Notes under the pieces: generated by a model | What the model was told of the DNA's origin: nothing | Databases searched by the model: none | Seen by the model: the letters and a program-made list of their open reading frames with translations, nothing else | Program-made: the position numbers and the translations under genes | Source of the DNA: Cirrosporium novae-zelandiae | Taxonomy: Eukaryota | Assembly: GCA_026023565.1 (NCBI GenBank) | Contig: JAPETS010000006.1 | Span: 930,001 to 960,868 of the forward strand | Reading direction: 5' to 3' | DNA length: 30,868 nt | In this document: piece after piece, positions 1-11,297 of the stretch | How the letters are laid out: each line of letters begins with the position of its first letter | How positions within the stretch are numbered: the stretch's first letter is position 1

Positions 1-496
1 AAAGAATAAAAAGGAATTCACATTGGCTGTTTGCTAACCAACCTGCTGTCCCGATAATCTGTTTTCCTTTCCTTCCTAGCCATTTTGAAGTTAGGTTTCT
101 TGTTCGCTTCACACGCACAAGAAACAAATGATTGGTTAGCCCATTTGCTCGTGTGCATGTGACTCAAATCACACGGGGGGAAGACCCTCCGATCCGTAGA
201 AACACTACCGCGTATGCATGCAACGTGTGAAACTGAGACAAAGTGGTTGGGTTGAAGAGTATAAAAGGGTCCTAATTAGGTTTGCCAGAAAGCTAGTCCT
301 GGCGTTGGCTTTGATCTGGGTAGTACTACCTTTTTTAATCATCGTTTTCAGAAGACTATGCAATCGCAGAGGATCAAGCCAACTCAAAATCTAAATCTTT
401 TAGTCTTGAACATTGAGCATCGAATTTATACTAGTGTTGAGGGTTTGTCGGCATAATTATTCTATTTTTTGGTAGCTTGGTTTGTCTTTGGGACTT

Positions 497-1351
497 ATGA
501 AAGCGTTAATGGATCTTCCGACTCGTCGACATCCCTCACAGTCCTCTCGTAGAAGCCATGATTTGGTGCCGCTCTATGGGACTGCCTATCATGATCCTCG
601 TAGACCATCTCGTCGCTCCATCGGTCGTCGGTATGGTGAGGTTGACATGTCACGCTCATCTATGGTAGATTATGACTACGATAGCGGATATGAGCCCTCT
701 CGTCCGCAAAAGACAATTCCTTTTGAAGAGGCTGTTGAGCAGCTTCATGAATCGCTTGAAGAAGGGTCAAGGTATTACAAGCAGTTCCTAACCGTTTTTG
801 AAGAGGAGATTCGGAGTGTGGAGCGATATGCCGATGAAAATATAACGACAGCTCTGTGGCGTGCAAAGGTGAAGGACAGTGAGAAGAGAAATAGAAGAAA
901 GATAGGTAAAGGAGGAAGGAGAAGCGAGGATGAACAAGACCTAAAACAGCCAGAACTTGAAAGTCCAGCTCAAACCTTTCGCGATCCGATGGGTCAAATC
1001 GTCAAAGACTTTAGGGATGCATTGCAAGCAATCGATTCAAAACTGTTCGAATCCAGAGTACCCCACCGAGGACAAAGGTTTGAGAATGAGAATATAGTCC
1101 GGCTGCACAAGAAGCTCGCCGGACAATACAAAGAAATAAGAGCATTGTTCAACGGTGCATCTGAGAATCGAAATGATGCTGTAGAGCTTAGTAAAGAGAT
1201 AGAAATGGTATTGTCATATTTGAATAGCCATGGGGATCTTTGGGACAGAAATTCCACATCTGATGATATGCTTGGAAATGATTCAGGAGCAGAACACGCC
1301 AAGGAAGATTCATCGGGTAACGTTGAAGAAAGTCAAAGTGGTGAGGCATAA
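497..1351 (+). CDS. Hypothetical protein (~284 aa), charged, probably helical in the middle with an acidic/Ser-rich tail
   Basis: Uninterrupted ORF. The first in-frame ATG is at 497 (alternative at 509) and the TAA ends at 1351. Composition looks protein-like (EEAVEQLHESLEEG, IVRLHKKLAGQYKEI). No family motif recognised. Confidence 0.7.
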   Translation: MKALMDLPTRRHPSQSSRRSHDLVPLYGTAYHDPRRPSRRSIGRRYGEVDMSRSSMVDYDYDSGYEPSRPQKTIPFEEAVEQLHESLEEGSRYYKQFLTVFEEEIRSVERYADENITTALWRAKVKDSEKRNRRKIGKGGRRSEDEQDLKQPELESPAQTFRDPMGQIVKDFRDALQAIDSKLFESRVPHRGQRFENENIVRLHKKLAGQYKEIRALFNGASENRNDAVELSKEIEMVLSYLNSHGDLWDRNSTSDDMLGNDSGAEHAKEDSSGNVEESQSGEA

Positions 1352-1485
1352 CTCTCCGTTGATGGCAATAATGGTCTAACAATTATGAAGGATACGGCTG
1401 GTAGGGTCATAGTACCGACGCTTTGAACAGAACGTGCTTCATGTTTCATAGTGTCATTCGTTTCAGCATGTGGATTCCCATCAAG

Positions 1486-2651
1486 CTATGAACTACCCAA
1501 CCCGGGCCATTCTGTATTTATTCAGTTAATCCAAACACTGTCATTGGCATATTGTACTCACGAAACGTTGTTCTCTCAGGATTTTTCCTGGTAATTTTCA
1601 CATCTTCTCCAACTTTCAATAAGTGACCCTGAGCCTTTGGTTCAGGAAAACCATAACGTCCGAATACTAACAATTTTAGATCCCGTCAAAGAATACCCTC
1701 GAGATAGTACCTACCTGGGCTATATTTTGCTCCAGCATCTACTCTTCGATCTTTCATCAATTTCTTCAAAACATTACCCATTTCACCCTCGCCCGCTTTT
1801 CCCGTTCTATAATCAACATTAATGCTCATGCACCGTCCACAATTGGCCGTAAGGTCTATCTTTGTTTCATTATTTATGGTTAGTTCACCCCAGAAGTCCT
1901 CTTCATAGGCCCCAAGCTCCGAAGAGCCAACCACTATGTTTGGTCGGAATTTGGTGATATCCATCTTTTCTCCGGCAGATAGCCTTGCGGATACATCATC
2001 CAGTGAAGTCTCAGTCACAACCAGAAATGGGGCGCAGTCCGAGAACCCGATACTTGCTTTTTCAGTGTCAGAGCCAAGGACTGGAAGACTACTCGTGATG
2101 CTAGATATCCAACTAGAGGATTGTCCATTGGCACCAGGTGCTAGATTTCCAAGAACTTCTCGGGTATTATCCCCGATATAGGCCAAAACAACATCATAAC
2201 CGAGACAATCAGAAAACCATCGATTAAACTCTGTTCCCATATTGTATGCCTGGGTAGAACTCCGGTGCATGGTTACTTGGATGGACTCGAGATTGGTAGT
2301 ATCCGGTTGGAGAGGAACCTCCAGGGTCTTAGAACTTTTTCCAGGTGGACAGTATGTGACTTTAATCTTTCCTTTTACTCCTTTCATGGGATTTGGTTTT
2401 TCTATTTCCTGATGAAATAATGCCATTTCATAATGATGAACAATATGCATATTTGCAAAACCATTTGGATTGACCTTTAAGAGCATGAATCGACGGTCAT
2501 ATTGAAATCCTTGCTTGGTGATTTCGGCACTCGAGACGGCGGCCCCTCGCAGGGACTTGATCGGATACAGGTATAGCTAAAATGGGTATTGTTAGTATTC
2601 TCGCTATGACATTGACCTGAGGTAAAAAGAGGCTACCTGGGTGATTTTCAT
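1486..2651 (-). CDS. MOSC-domain protein (MOSC_N + MOSC; mARC/YcbX-like molybdenum cofactor-dependent family), 4 exons
   Basis: Exons on the minus strand: 2651-2637 (MKITQ), 2576-1715, 1666-1562, 1511-1486. Introns: 2636-2577 (GTAGCC..TACTAAC..TAG), 1714-1667 (GTAGGT..TAG), 1561-1512 (GTGAGT..CAG). The spliced protein contains LYLYPIKSLRG, DRRFML, GFSDCAPFLV, KFRPNIVV, EEDFW, NCGRCMSINVDY and KYSP|VFGRYG, and ends RTTFQWPGLGSS*. Confidence 0.92.
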
Positions 2652-4020
2652 GTTTATCCGCCAAACGGTCAATTGCGGAATTAAGTGGAGGGATAGTAAT
2701 TTCGAGGGTACTGCACTTAATATAAATATCAAGATAAGAAGATTATCAGTGTCAAGGGGGAAGCTGAAATAAAGTATGATAGATATCTTATCTAGGGGTG
2801 GTGGATTACACTGGGAGGCCCCAGAACGCTTATGATGGTCTTTTGGTCTAAGGTGGGGGTTTTACTTTACCCCTCCATTTACAATAATAGACATGATTTT
2901 TGAAATAGCCTAATGACTTTCTACGGTCATTATTTGTTGGACTAAAATAAGATAAAATAGAGAAACCTGTAAAGATGAAGAAGATTGATCGACCTCGTTA
3001 CTAATGTTACTAATTAATTAATCACTGTGACGGGATTGGGGCAAGACTTTCAAGGATTGCAAACAGGATTGCAAACAGGTACGGTACATCATCTTCCATT
3101 CAGGTACCAGAAGAACTCAGATGCAAGGCCAAGAACCTCATGCAATGCTACAGTAGTGATCTTGTAATGTCATGGCTTCTGACAGATTGGAGTTTTTTGA
3201 TGATAGACCTTCGGATTCGGGATTCTCGTAATTCCATACCATGACATAGGTACTTCGGTACTTAAAATCCTCACGGGTTCGGGGTACAGCCACAACGCCA
3301 AACAAGGATATCTAAGCGAATTTACCAGGTGCGTCATCTCCTCCACACCCTCAGCTTTCATCATTCTAAAACTCTTAACCTATCATGGTTCTTGCATGTC
3401 ACCCGGAAATCCCACCTTTTCTTAGCCTTTCCATGACCCTTTTCTACCTATTCCCTTTTTGGTCATATTGTTGTTCACCTTTCCCTCCTCCCCACCATCC
3501 CTTCTTCTATAGAGGCACAGTAGGCCCTAGGCTCAATAATCTGCTGCGCCCATCTCCCAGGTGTTAGGATGACTGCCTAACTTGCCTACCAAATAATAAA
3601 TATTAATTACAATATTACCATTCCCCAGGAACCAGTACCCTTAAGTTTTAAACCCTTACATAGTAATCCCCCAAACTGCAACTGATAGACACTCGGAAGA
3701 ATTCTTTTGTATTTGCCTCCTCCATCTTTCCAATCTTTTATTTGCCATCTCCCATTTATACTCTTGTTTCTTACATTTTCCATAAGGCTGACCTGACCAT
3801 TCGACTCTTTTAGCTACCGTCATCTGGACGCGAGAAACTTCTTACCGCCCTACCCGCCATTACCAAATTCCTTGGCGCTGAGTACGAACTTCACGAGCAA
3901 ACTTTTACGTCTCTGTTTGCGCAGTTAAAAGAACCTCCTCGGTGCTGCTGCGCCTCGTGCGCTTTCTACCTTAATATCTTTTCGAGTTTCTTTCATTGAA
4001 GCTCTAAACCAACAATCAAA

Positions 4021-5887
4021 ATGGAAACTACAACGCTGCGGCGAAAAGATACAACAAAAGGACCTCCGTTGAGGATCCTATCGCTCGGTAAGAAATATCT
4101 ATTTTTATCTTCTTTTGCTTCCAGCTGACTTTTCGTAGATGGTGGTGGTGTTCGTGGTTACTCGATGTTTATCCTTTTACAGGAACTTATGTATCGAACA
4201 TATGTTGAAACCGAAGGCAAAGCTCCTAGAAGAGATCAAATCCCTAAACCATGCGATTATTTCGACTTGATCGGAGGTACCGGCACTGGCGGTTTGATCG
4301 CCATAATGCTTGGTCGTCTTCGGTTGGATATTGAAACTTGCAAGGAGGTCTATGTCCGCATGACCAAACGTGTTTTTGAAACAGACAAGACTTTTGCTGG
4401 GATACCCTTTCGCTCAACATTATTCAAAGCCTCGAAACTTGAAGAGGCTATTCGAGAATGTGTTAGACAACATACAATCTTTGAGAATGAAGGCAATGAT
4501 AGCGATGCTGGAAATATAATGACTCCAATGACGCCACCGAACCGAGTCCACAGATCGATAAGCAAGGCCAGCATCAGTACAACGGACAGCTTCAGCTACC
4601 GAAGTCCGGTTTCAAGACCCATAACCCCCATGCGTTGGGGAAATCCTAATGCTCTCCTGGAGGACAAACGAGAGAATCGTACAAAGACGTGAGCAATGCC
4701 TAATCTCCTATCGAGAACCATGCTAACAATATTATAGTTGTGTGACTGCTGTTTACAAAGGAACACCAAAAAATGCTCCCTCCGCTGTGCTTCGTTCCTA
4801 TGACTCTCGCAAGGAACCATCGCCAGAAGAACATGTTACTATCTGGCAAGCTGGTCGTGCCACTTGTGCCACTGCATTAGCATTTAAGCCTATTCAGATA
4901 GGTCAATCTGTTTTCATCGACGAAGGTGGAGGAACATATAATCCATCACCTCTCATACTCGAAGAGGCTGCGGTGAATGAATGGCCTAACCGAGAAGTGG
5001 GGGTTTTTGTGAGTATCGGTACGGGGAAAAGACCCGGAGGCACAAGCGGCAGACAGCATGAATGGTGGGAAGGCTTTATTGGTGGTGGTATTGGAGATTT
5101 TGCCGAAGCCCGGAGAAGATTAATCAACAAGATCGAAGGCTGCGAAGATACACATCAGGCCATGTTAAAGGATCATCTTTCAAGCAAGGGTGTGAATCGT
5201 GATAATTACTATCGTTTAAATGTGGAAGTGGGCGTGGGTGAATTCGGGATGAATGAATGGAACCGACTCGCAGATATCAGCACCAGCACAAGAAGATATT
5301 TATCTAAGAGAGATGTCCAAAACATGGTTCTAGATGCTGCAACTAAGATGGCTCGAATTGAGAGGGCATGTCGAAGACATAAACAGGCGATGATGCACCC
5401 AGGCGTCGAACCAGAACAGCCTTTACATGAGATCCCTCCCCCATCAAATCCTATGGTCGTGGAACTTCCTGCAGAAGATGTTATACTGCCATTGTCTCCC
5501 CACACTCCTCAATACCCAATGTCCCCTCCACCTATTTTCCAACATATTGCAGCTTCAGAGGATAAATTTGCTGTGCTATCACCGGATCAAGATATGATGC
5601 CAGGTAGGCTTTCTGGCGATCGTTACTCAGACCATGATCCTCGAACTTCGCATAGTTCAGTACACTCACCAAGGCGGAGCTATGAAGATCACAGCGGGTC
5701 AGACCTACCTCCCCCACCACCGCCAAAGACGCCACTACCATACCCTACAGAACAAGGACATAGGCAGCAAAGAAGCAGACACCACCATCGACAAAGAAGC
5801 TCCAACAACAAACTGCCCTATCCGGATGAGGATGGACCACCTCCAGTTGTAAATACGGCTAGGAAACCGGAATTTGTTGGAAGATGA
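4021..5887 (+). CDS. Patatin-like phospholipase-domain protein (predicted catalytically inactive) with a Pro-rich C-terminal tail, 3 exons
   Basis: Exons 4021-4087, 4139-4688 and 4738-5887. Introns 4088-4138 (GTAAGA..GCTGAC..TAG) and 4689-4737 (GTGAGC..GCTAAC..TAG). Splicing restores LRILSL|DGGGVRG. Other patatin motifs: PCDYFDLIGGTGTGGLIAIMLGRL, IWQAGRATCA, FIDEG, YNP, VSIGTG, YYRLNV. Confidence 0.93.
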
Positions 5888-6321
5888 ACCTAATCACCTC
5901 ATCAAATAATTTCCTAATTCTTTGTGTGTTTGGTAAATGAAAGCGAGGTGTTTCGGGGTTGGTTGGATTTTGGGAGATTTTTATCTTTTTTTTTTAGGGT
6001 TTCAAAGCTAGCCCTAAAACGATTCAAAAATCAAGGAGGGGAGGCTCTGATGAATTAATCTGTGTGCTGCACTTCCTCCCTATAAGGGGTATGGGAATTT
6101 TTCCGGAAACTTACATGTGTTATTATTACTACTACCACACCCTACCTTACCGATTACTTTTTTTTGTGATAATAGGAAACTGATTTTATGATTTTATGAA
6201 GACGAAACATGGACTGATTCTCATTAGTATACCTTTTTCTTTTTTGCTTGTTTGCTTGTTTGTTTATTAAGAAATGATTCATTTTCGGGTGAACGCATCA
6301 TACTTATGATTTGCTTGCACC

Positions 6322-6343
6322 TGTTGTTGTTGTTGTTGTTGTT
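6322..6343. repeat. (TGT)n microsatellite, ~7 units
   Basis: tgttgttgttgttgttgttgtt read directly from the sequence. Confidence 0.9.
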
Positions 6344-7364
6344 AGCTTATTATTATATCCAACTTAGAATTAAGAGAATAAAAAGTGTGTAAAATATTAT
6401 TTATATTTATGTATATTTCTGTTACAGTACAACTTGAATGCCTAGGATATTGATACCAATAAAGAAGGAAGGGAAGGGAAGGGTTTTTTAAGGGGTTGAT
6501 GATTATCATTTATATTTATTTATATTTATACCTTGCCAGTGCTCTCTTTATGACTATAGCATTACTTGTCTATCCTGATATAACAATTTTTTTTCTCTGC
6601 TTCTTTAAAATATCTAATAAGTATTTATTTATTTGAGGGAAAAGTAAGTTAAAATACACCCCTTAACACTCCCCCCCCCTTCTGCTACCATAAATATCTA
6701 CCATCAACGCCAATAAAGTGACATACATGGCCATGGTAAGTAGCAACCTCCTTCCCCTTTCCTTTCCTTACTAACCTAAGAAGCAATGATGATGATGATG
6801 AACATATTGTCATCGGAGTGTAGTGATATTATTATTATTATTTTCTTTGTCAAGGAAGGAAGAAAGGAAGGAAATAAGATATAAAAAAGGTCTTTGGGTC
6901 TGTAGATCGTAGATACTGCTGCTGCTACTGTTGCTAAAGGCTAGTTGAAGCGGATTGGGAGATGTGGAGGGGGGGGCACTGAAGGTGTTTGATTGCATGT
7001 TATATTGAAAGGAGTGAAAAGGGAGGTATCCGAGTTACTATTCTTAAAAAAGTTCCTTTATTCCTCCCTTTTGTGTAGAGATAGATAGATTAGAAGCAGC
7101 ACTTGTGTACATAAGTCCCACCTAACCCAAATCTTTACCCCCCCCTATTTTAGAGGTGGCTAAGAGGAAATATAATCCACCCTGGAGAAATTTCTTGCAA
7201 GGAAGGAGATGGTCATCTGTAAGATGATGTTAATAAACAAAATTCTTTTAAGTTCGATGATGATATTTGGGGATAATTAGGGCTGTAGAAGTAAGTTTTT
7301 TTTTTTTAACTGTAGGGGAGAATTTAGTTGGTTGGCCCCCCCCTGCCTGCGGCTTTGGTAGGGC

Positions 7365-7422
7365 ATGAATGGAATGGGATGGGATGGGATGGAATGGGAT
7401 GGGGATGGGGATGGGGATGGAT
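7365..7422 (+). repeat. Compound (GGAAT/GGGAT/GGGGAT)n repeat
   Basis: atgaatggaatgggatgggatgggatggaatgggatggggatggggatggggatggat, about 10 units of 5-6 nt. Confidence 0.85.
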
Positions 7423-9364
7423 TTTATTTCCATGAAGTTGTTAATCTTAGGCTCTCTCTTTGGTCTTGGCTTCGAGCTATTTGGAATCAATCTCTTTATT
7501 TAATAAATTTTTAGAAGTTTCTCCTATGGAACGTATTGCAAATCCTTTAAACCCCCGAGATCCTTTTTTTTTATTAGTTTGTTGTCTATTAATAAGGGAG
7601 CAATAGTCTATTGGCTGGCTTTTCTAAAAGTATATTTGGTTACGCTATGCTGATGGGATATGGAAGTTCTTTGGTACTATACAAAGCTCCTACTGAGAGA
7701 GTAAACAAGCGCTGCATGTCTTATAATCTTCGGACATCTCTTTTGTGATATAGTTTTTATTATGAAATAATGATGGGCCCACAGTTCTGCGGTCTTCACA
7801 GGTTTAATGGATATATGCTTGATCAGAGAGATGTTTTAGGGACTAGTTCAGGAACAGATAAAGACAAACGGCAGACTAATATATGGCATCTTAGTTGATC
7901 GATATTGTGCCGGAGTGTCTTTTGGCTACCTATGGCAGGTAGGAGAGTGTACTAACTAGCTATCCAATACCTTCAACCTTGCAAAGCTCAGCTTCGAACA
8001 CCAAATTGTGGCGCAGTAAGGCTAATGTCTTAATGGTGACACACTCTTGGATAATTATGAATCCCCATATTATTCAAAGGCCTTTCATTCTCATCGCATA
8101 TCAAGAGGCAGCGGCACTAGTCCAGGGAAGGTTTCGTTAATCATGTGTACTTTACTTGTACTCGACAAACTGATACCCATGTTCCATGGTCAGTCATACC
8201 TCCGTAGCCAACGGAAACATTTTAGGACACGAAAAGCTCCATGTTCCGTCTTTGGGTGTCGGATGCCATTAATACTAGGCTGGGTTCGATTCCCAAGAGT
8301 GCTAGTGATTGGTCACCATGGTGTTAGTGTTCTCCTTTGGGTTGATGGTTTTCGAAGGCTCGTGGCCCTCCGTAAAGTACTTTAATAATCAGGAATACCA
8401 GACCTCTGAAATAACTGATGCTGGGCTTATGCCTCAGAGCTTAAACTCTCTACTGAGCTGCCCGGCCAACGATTTACGATAGGCTAGACAAGGTACATTG
8501 ACTCATTAGGAAGTTCTGCAGACCGATACAATGTATGTCTATCAATGCTGAAAGAACTGCGAGGCTGTTAAAAAATTCTGCTCCTGGTGGGCTGGGTCAC
8601 AGTTTATTCCTATCGTAGTGTCCGAAGCTGCCAAGTCTTCTTCCTCAAGGGAGGGGGGACTAGCTTGACTTTCAATAAACCTCGTAGACACCTATTTTCT
8701 AATAGCTTGAAAGTTCGTGCTCGAGGATCCGATGACTTCTCTGTGAAAGCGTACTTGAGTAGGTTAAAAAAGGCATTTTAGCCCATACATAACCTCTTTT
8801 TTCTCAGGTTTAATTATCATCTTAATACTTCTGGCGGAATACTGTATAGTATTCTGAGGAACTTGGATAAGAGCATGTTGAGATATGGGAGATCAGTGTC
8901 ATTTCGGAAGAGACCAAGAGCTGAGACGTGAACATCAATTCGTGCTCTGAGAGGTGAACCACGGCAGAACATGCAGCCACGAGGATTTCTTCCGTGTCGT
9001 AGGTTGAGCAAAGATTTGCTTTTGAAAGCACTGGTATAAATATTAATGTCACTACTTCTAAAGCTAGCACACTATTGAAAACTAGTGCGACGACGTAACC
9101 TGGGAGGAGAAATCATCTAATTAGTTGTGGAATCAAGTTAAATACGAGCTGTGAGGTTTCGATCGGGCCTCATGAGTCCTATAAATATGTGTTGAATACT
9201 GTATGTAGGCTTAAGAAATCGTTGAAAGTGTAGGTGCGTGCGACTTTGATGTGGGAGACGCCTTGATTTTGATTCGGTGAATAGCAAATAGTGACATTCT
9301 CTGTTTGAGTAGGTTAACAAGAGGATCTACTCTGTGAGCTAGAACGTCGAGCTTCGCTATCACT

Positions 9365-10531
9365 TTACCGCCACCGGTTTCCAGATGGCGTGGGACCGAA
9401 CTCGCGGAATCCTTCTCCAATTAGGCCTGCTTGGGCTCGACGAATCGACGCCCATGTGTCAAGGATGTTGTCATATCCGTGCTCTTCTGCTGCTGTCATG
9501 TTGGCATCGACCCATGTCTCGGGGTTGTTGCGAACCTGGTAATTCTTTTCAAATCCTTTCGGGGCACCTGGGCATAAAGAAGTGTCTAGGAGGGGTTTAT
9601 TTTCTGTCTTCGGACTTGTAAGGTCTTCTCTCACTTCCAAACTGACAATAAAGCGCACAGCCGCAGCAAGGGAAACCCTTACTATGTCCATGTATTTCTT
9701 GATGACATCAAGTCTATCTAGAGGAAGAGACTATGATTTGAGGCCTTCGAAGGAGATTGGTGCACTTAGTCCTTCCTCCGCGCCCGTGCGAGCGATTAAG
9801 ACAGTTTGATACTGTGCAACCTTGCGAAGACTTACGAAGCTGGTTGATATGTCTTTACAGTCCTTATCGCGGTAATCCAAACGATCGATAATCACGACAA
9901 TGGCGTTGTAGAGGGGAAATAAAGAGTAGTGTTGTGAGTTTGAAGGAAATAGTTTGATGATGTTATCGGCTCGCCCTTTGGCTTGATTTATAAGGCTAGA
10001 TGCTTGTGTGCGGAGAGAGCGATGTGCGTTAAGAACCCCAGGTATTGTCGAGGGACCTGTCGAGGTAATTCTCACTGGGTTTGCAAAGAAATGGCCGTAC
10101 TCGATGTTTGGTTCAGCATTGTAGCTCTGGAGCCATTCCTCGTAAATAGCTGCCAATATGATTTTAGGTGTTTGCGTTCTTTGTCCGAAGCAATCAGTGT
10201 GCTGGCCCGACTGCAGCTAGTAGAATGCTGTCGGTTCATTGCAAAAGTCTTTCAATTTGCCAGGCTCCACTTTGCCAACCGTATCTTCTAGAAGTATTCT
10301 GTAATCGTCTACCGTCGCCCATAATATTTTCGTATCTCTCAGCTGCACCTTGATTCTTGTGGGGGGTGTCCGACGATGCCATAATTCCTGGGCAAGCTGC
10401 CATAGAACCGGAACTATCAACGCCTTGTGAGTTGACAGAGGCGTCAATATGATATGTTTGGCGAGATAGGTATATTTATACCCTTCGGCTAAGAGAGTTT
10501 AGGAATCGCCTCGACAGTAATTATGTTTCAT
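9365..10531 (-). pseudogene. Pseudogene of an unknown protein: one 389-codon frame broken by three internal stops
   Basis: The ORFs 10217-10447, 9731-10156 and 9365-9691 are all in the same minus-strand frame, and the gaps between them are open. An in-frame ATG lies at 10531. Internal stops are TAA (10499-10501), TAG (10217-10219) and TAG (9731-9733). The read-through looks like a globular protein (...YNAIVVIIDRLDY...QTVLIARTGAEEGLSAPISFEGLKS*SLPLDR...IVRVSLAAAVRFIVSLEVRE...). Confidence 0.75.
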
Positions 10532-11297
10532 CGGTGGCTTAGATGACTCATTTGATTGTATTAGGTGCCGATAAAATTGTTGTGCGGGCATTATTTTTGT
10601 CTATACTTTATTGCCACATTTTTCCAAAGCTGGATTAAAGTTCACAAAGAACCAGAGAAGGATTAGCTAGATTAGCTGTCTCCTCCTAACACATATTCGA
10701 TATGGTCGTAAATGACGGATAATGCACAAGAATCCCTAAGGCTGCTGTCAAGTCTCCTATCCTCTTTGTTATTTCACGTAAGGATGTAGAAATTAGATTT
10801 ATGAAATATATGCTATATATATACTATTTGGTCTTGGCACAGAACATCAATATATCCTAGCTTGTAGCCAAGGTGCAACATTAATATCTTTAGTTCTCTT
10901 CTCACACGTTCCCTAACTCCTGGCCTACATTGAAGTGCTCAGCAATAAAGCCATTGTTAAGGACTTAAATGTAATAATTGATTCCCTCTAACATACTATA
11001 GACAGGTATAGTGCTAGATGCCTAGGTAGGCGGCACAGGATTGGAAAGTGCTACCTCAGGGCCTCCTCCTCCATCTGCCTAGCCCACTTCGCAACCTCCA
11101 ACCTTTCCCTCAGGGTCTGTTGATTAGAATGTTCACCGGCACCTAGAAGCTGAGCCCGTTCCTGACGCTAGGCACCCTCAAAAATGAGTGATGCCATGAC
11201 CTGCATCCCTCGAGATCATTTAGTTCAATCGGATATTCCCGCCACTTCTAGACGAGGATCTATCCAAGTGGATTATCCTACGCGTCGTAGATGGTGG

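Noticed and set aside
5900..7620. Short ORFs in the AT-rich spacers (6810-6998 and 7248-7490; similarly 16470-16905 and 23612-23890)
   Set aside because: They are translations of homopolymer and microsatellite runs with no protein-like features.
8220..8310. Complete tRNA gene around the GGTTCGATTCC motif
   Set aside because: I could not build an A-box/D-arm or an acceptor stem. Only the T-arm is present, and it is reported as a low-interest finding.
9365..10531. Stop-codon reassignment or programmed readthrough as the explanation for the in-frame TAA/TAG
   Set aside because: Intact genes in the window end normally at TAA, TAG and TGA. The neighbouring fragment also has a frameshift, so decay is the simpler explanation.
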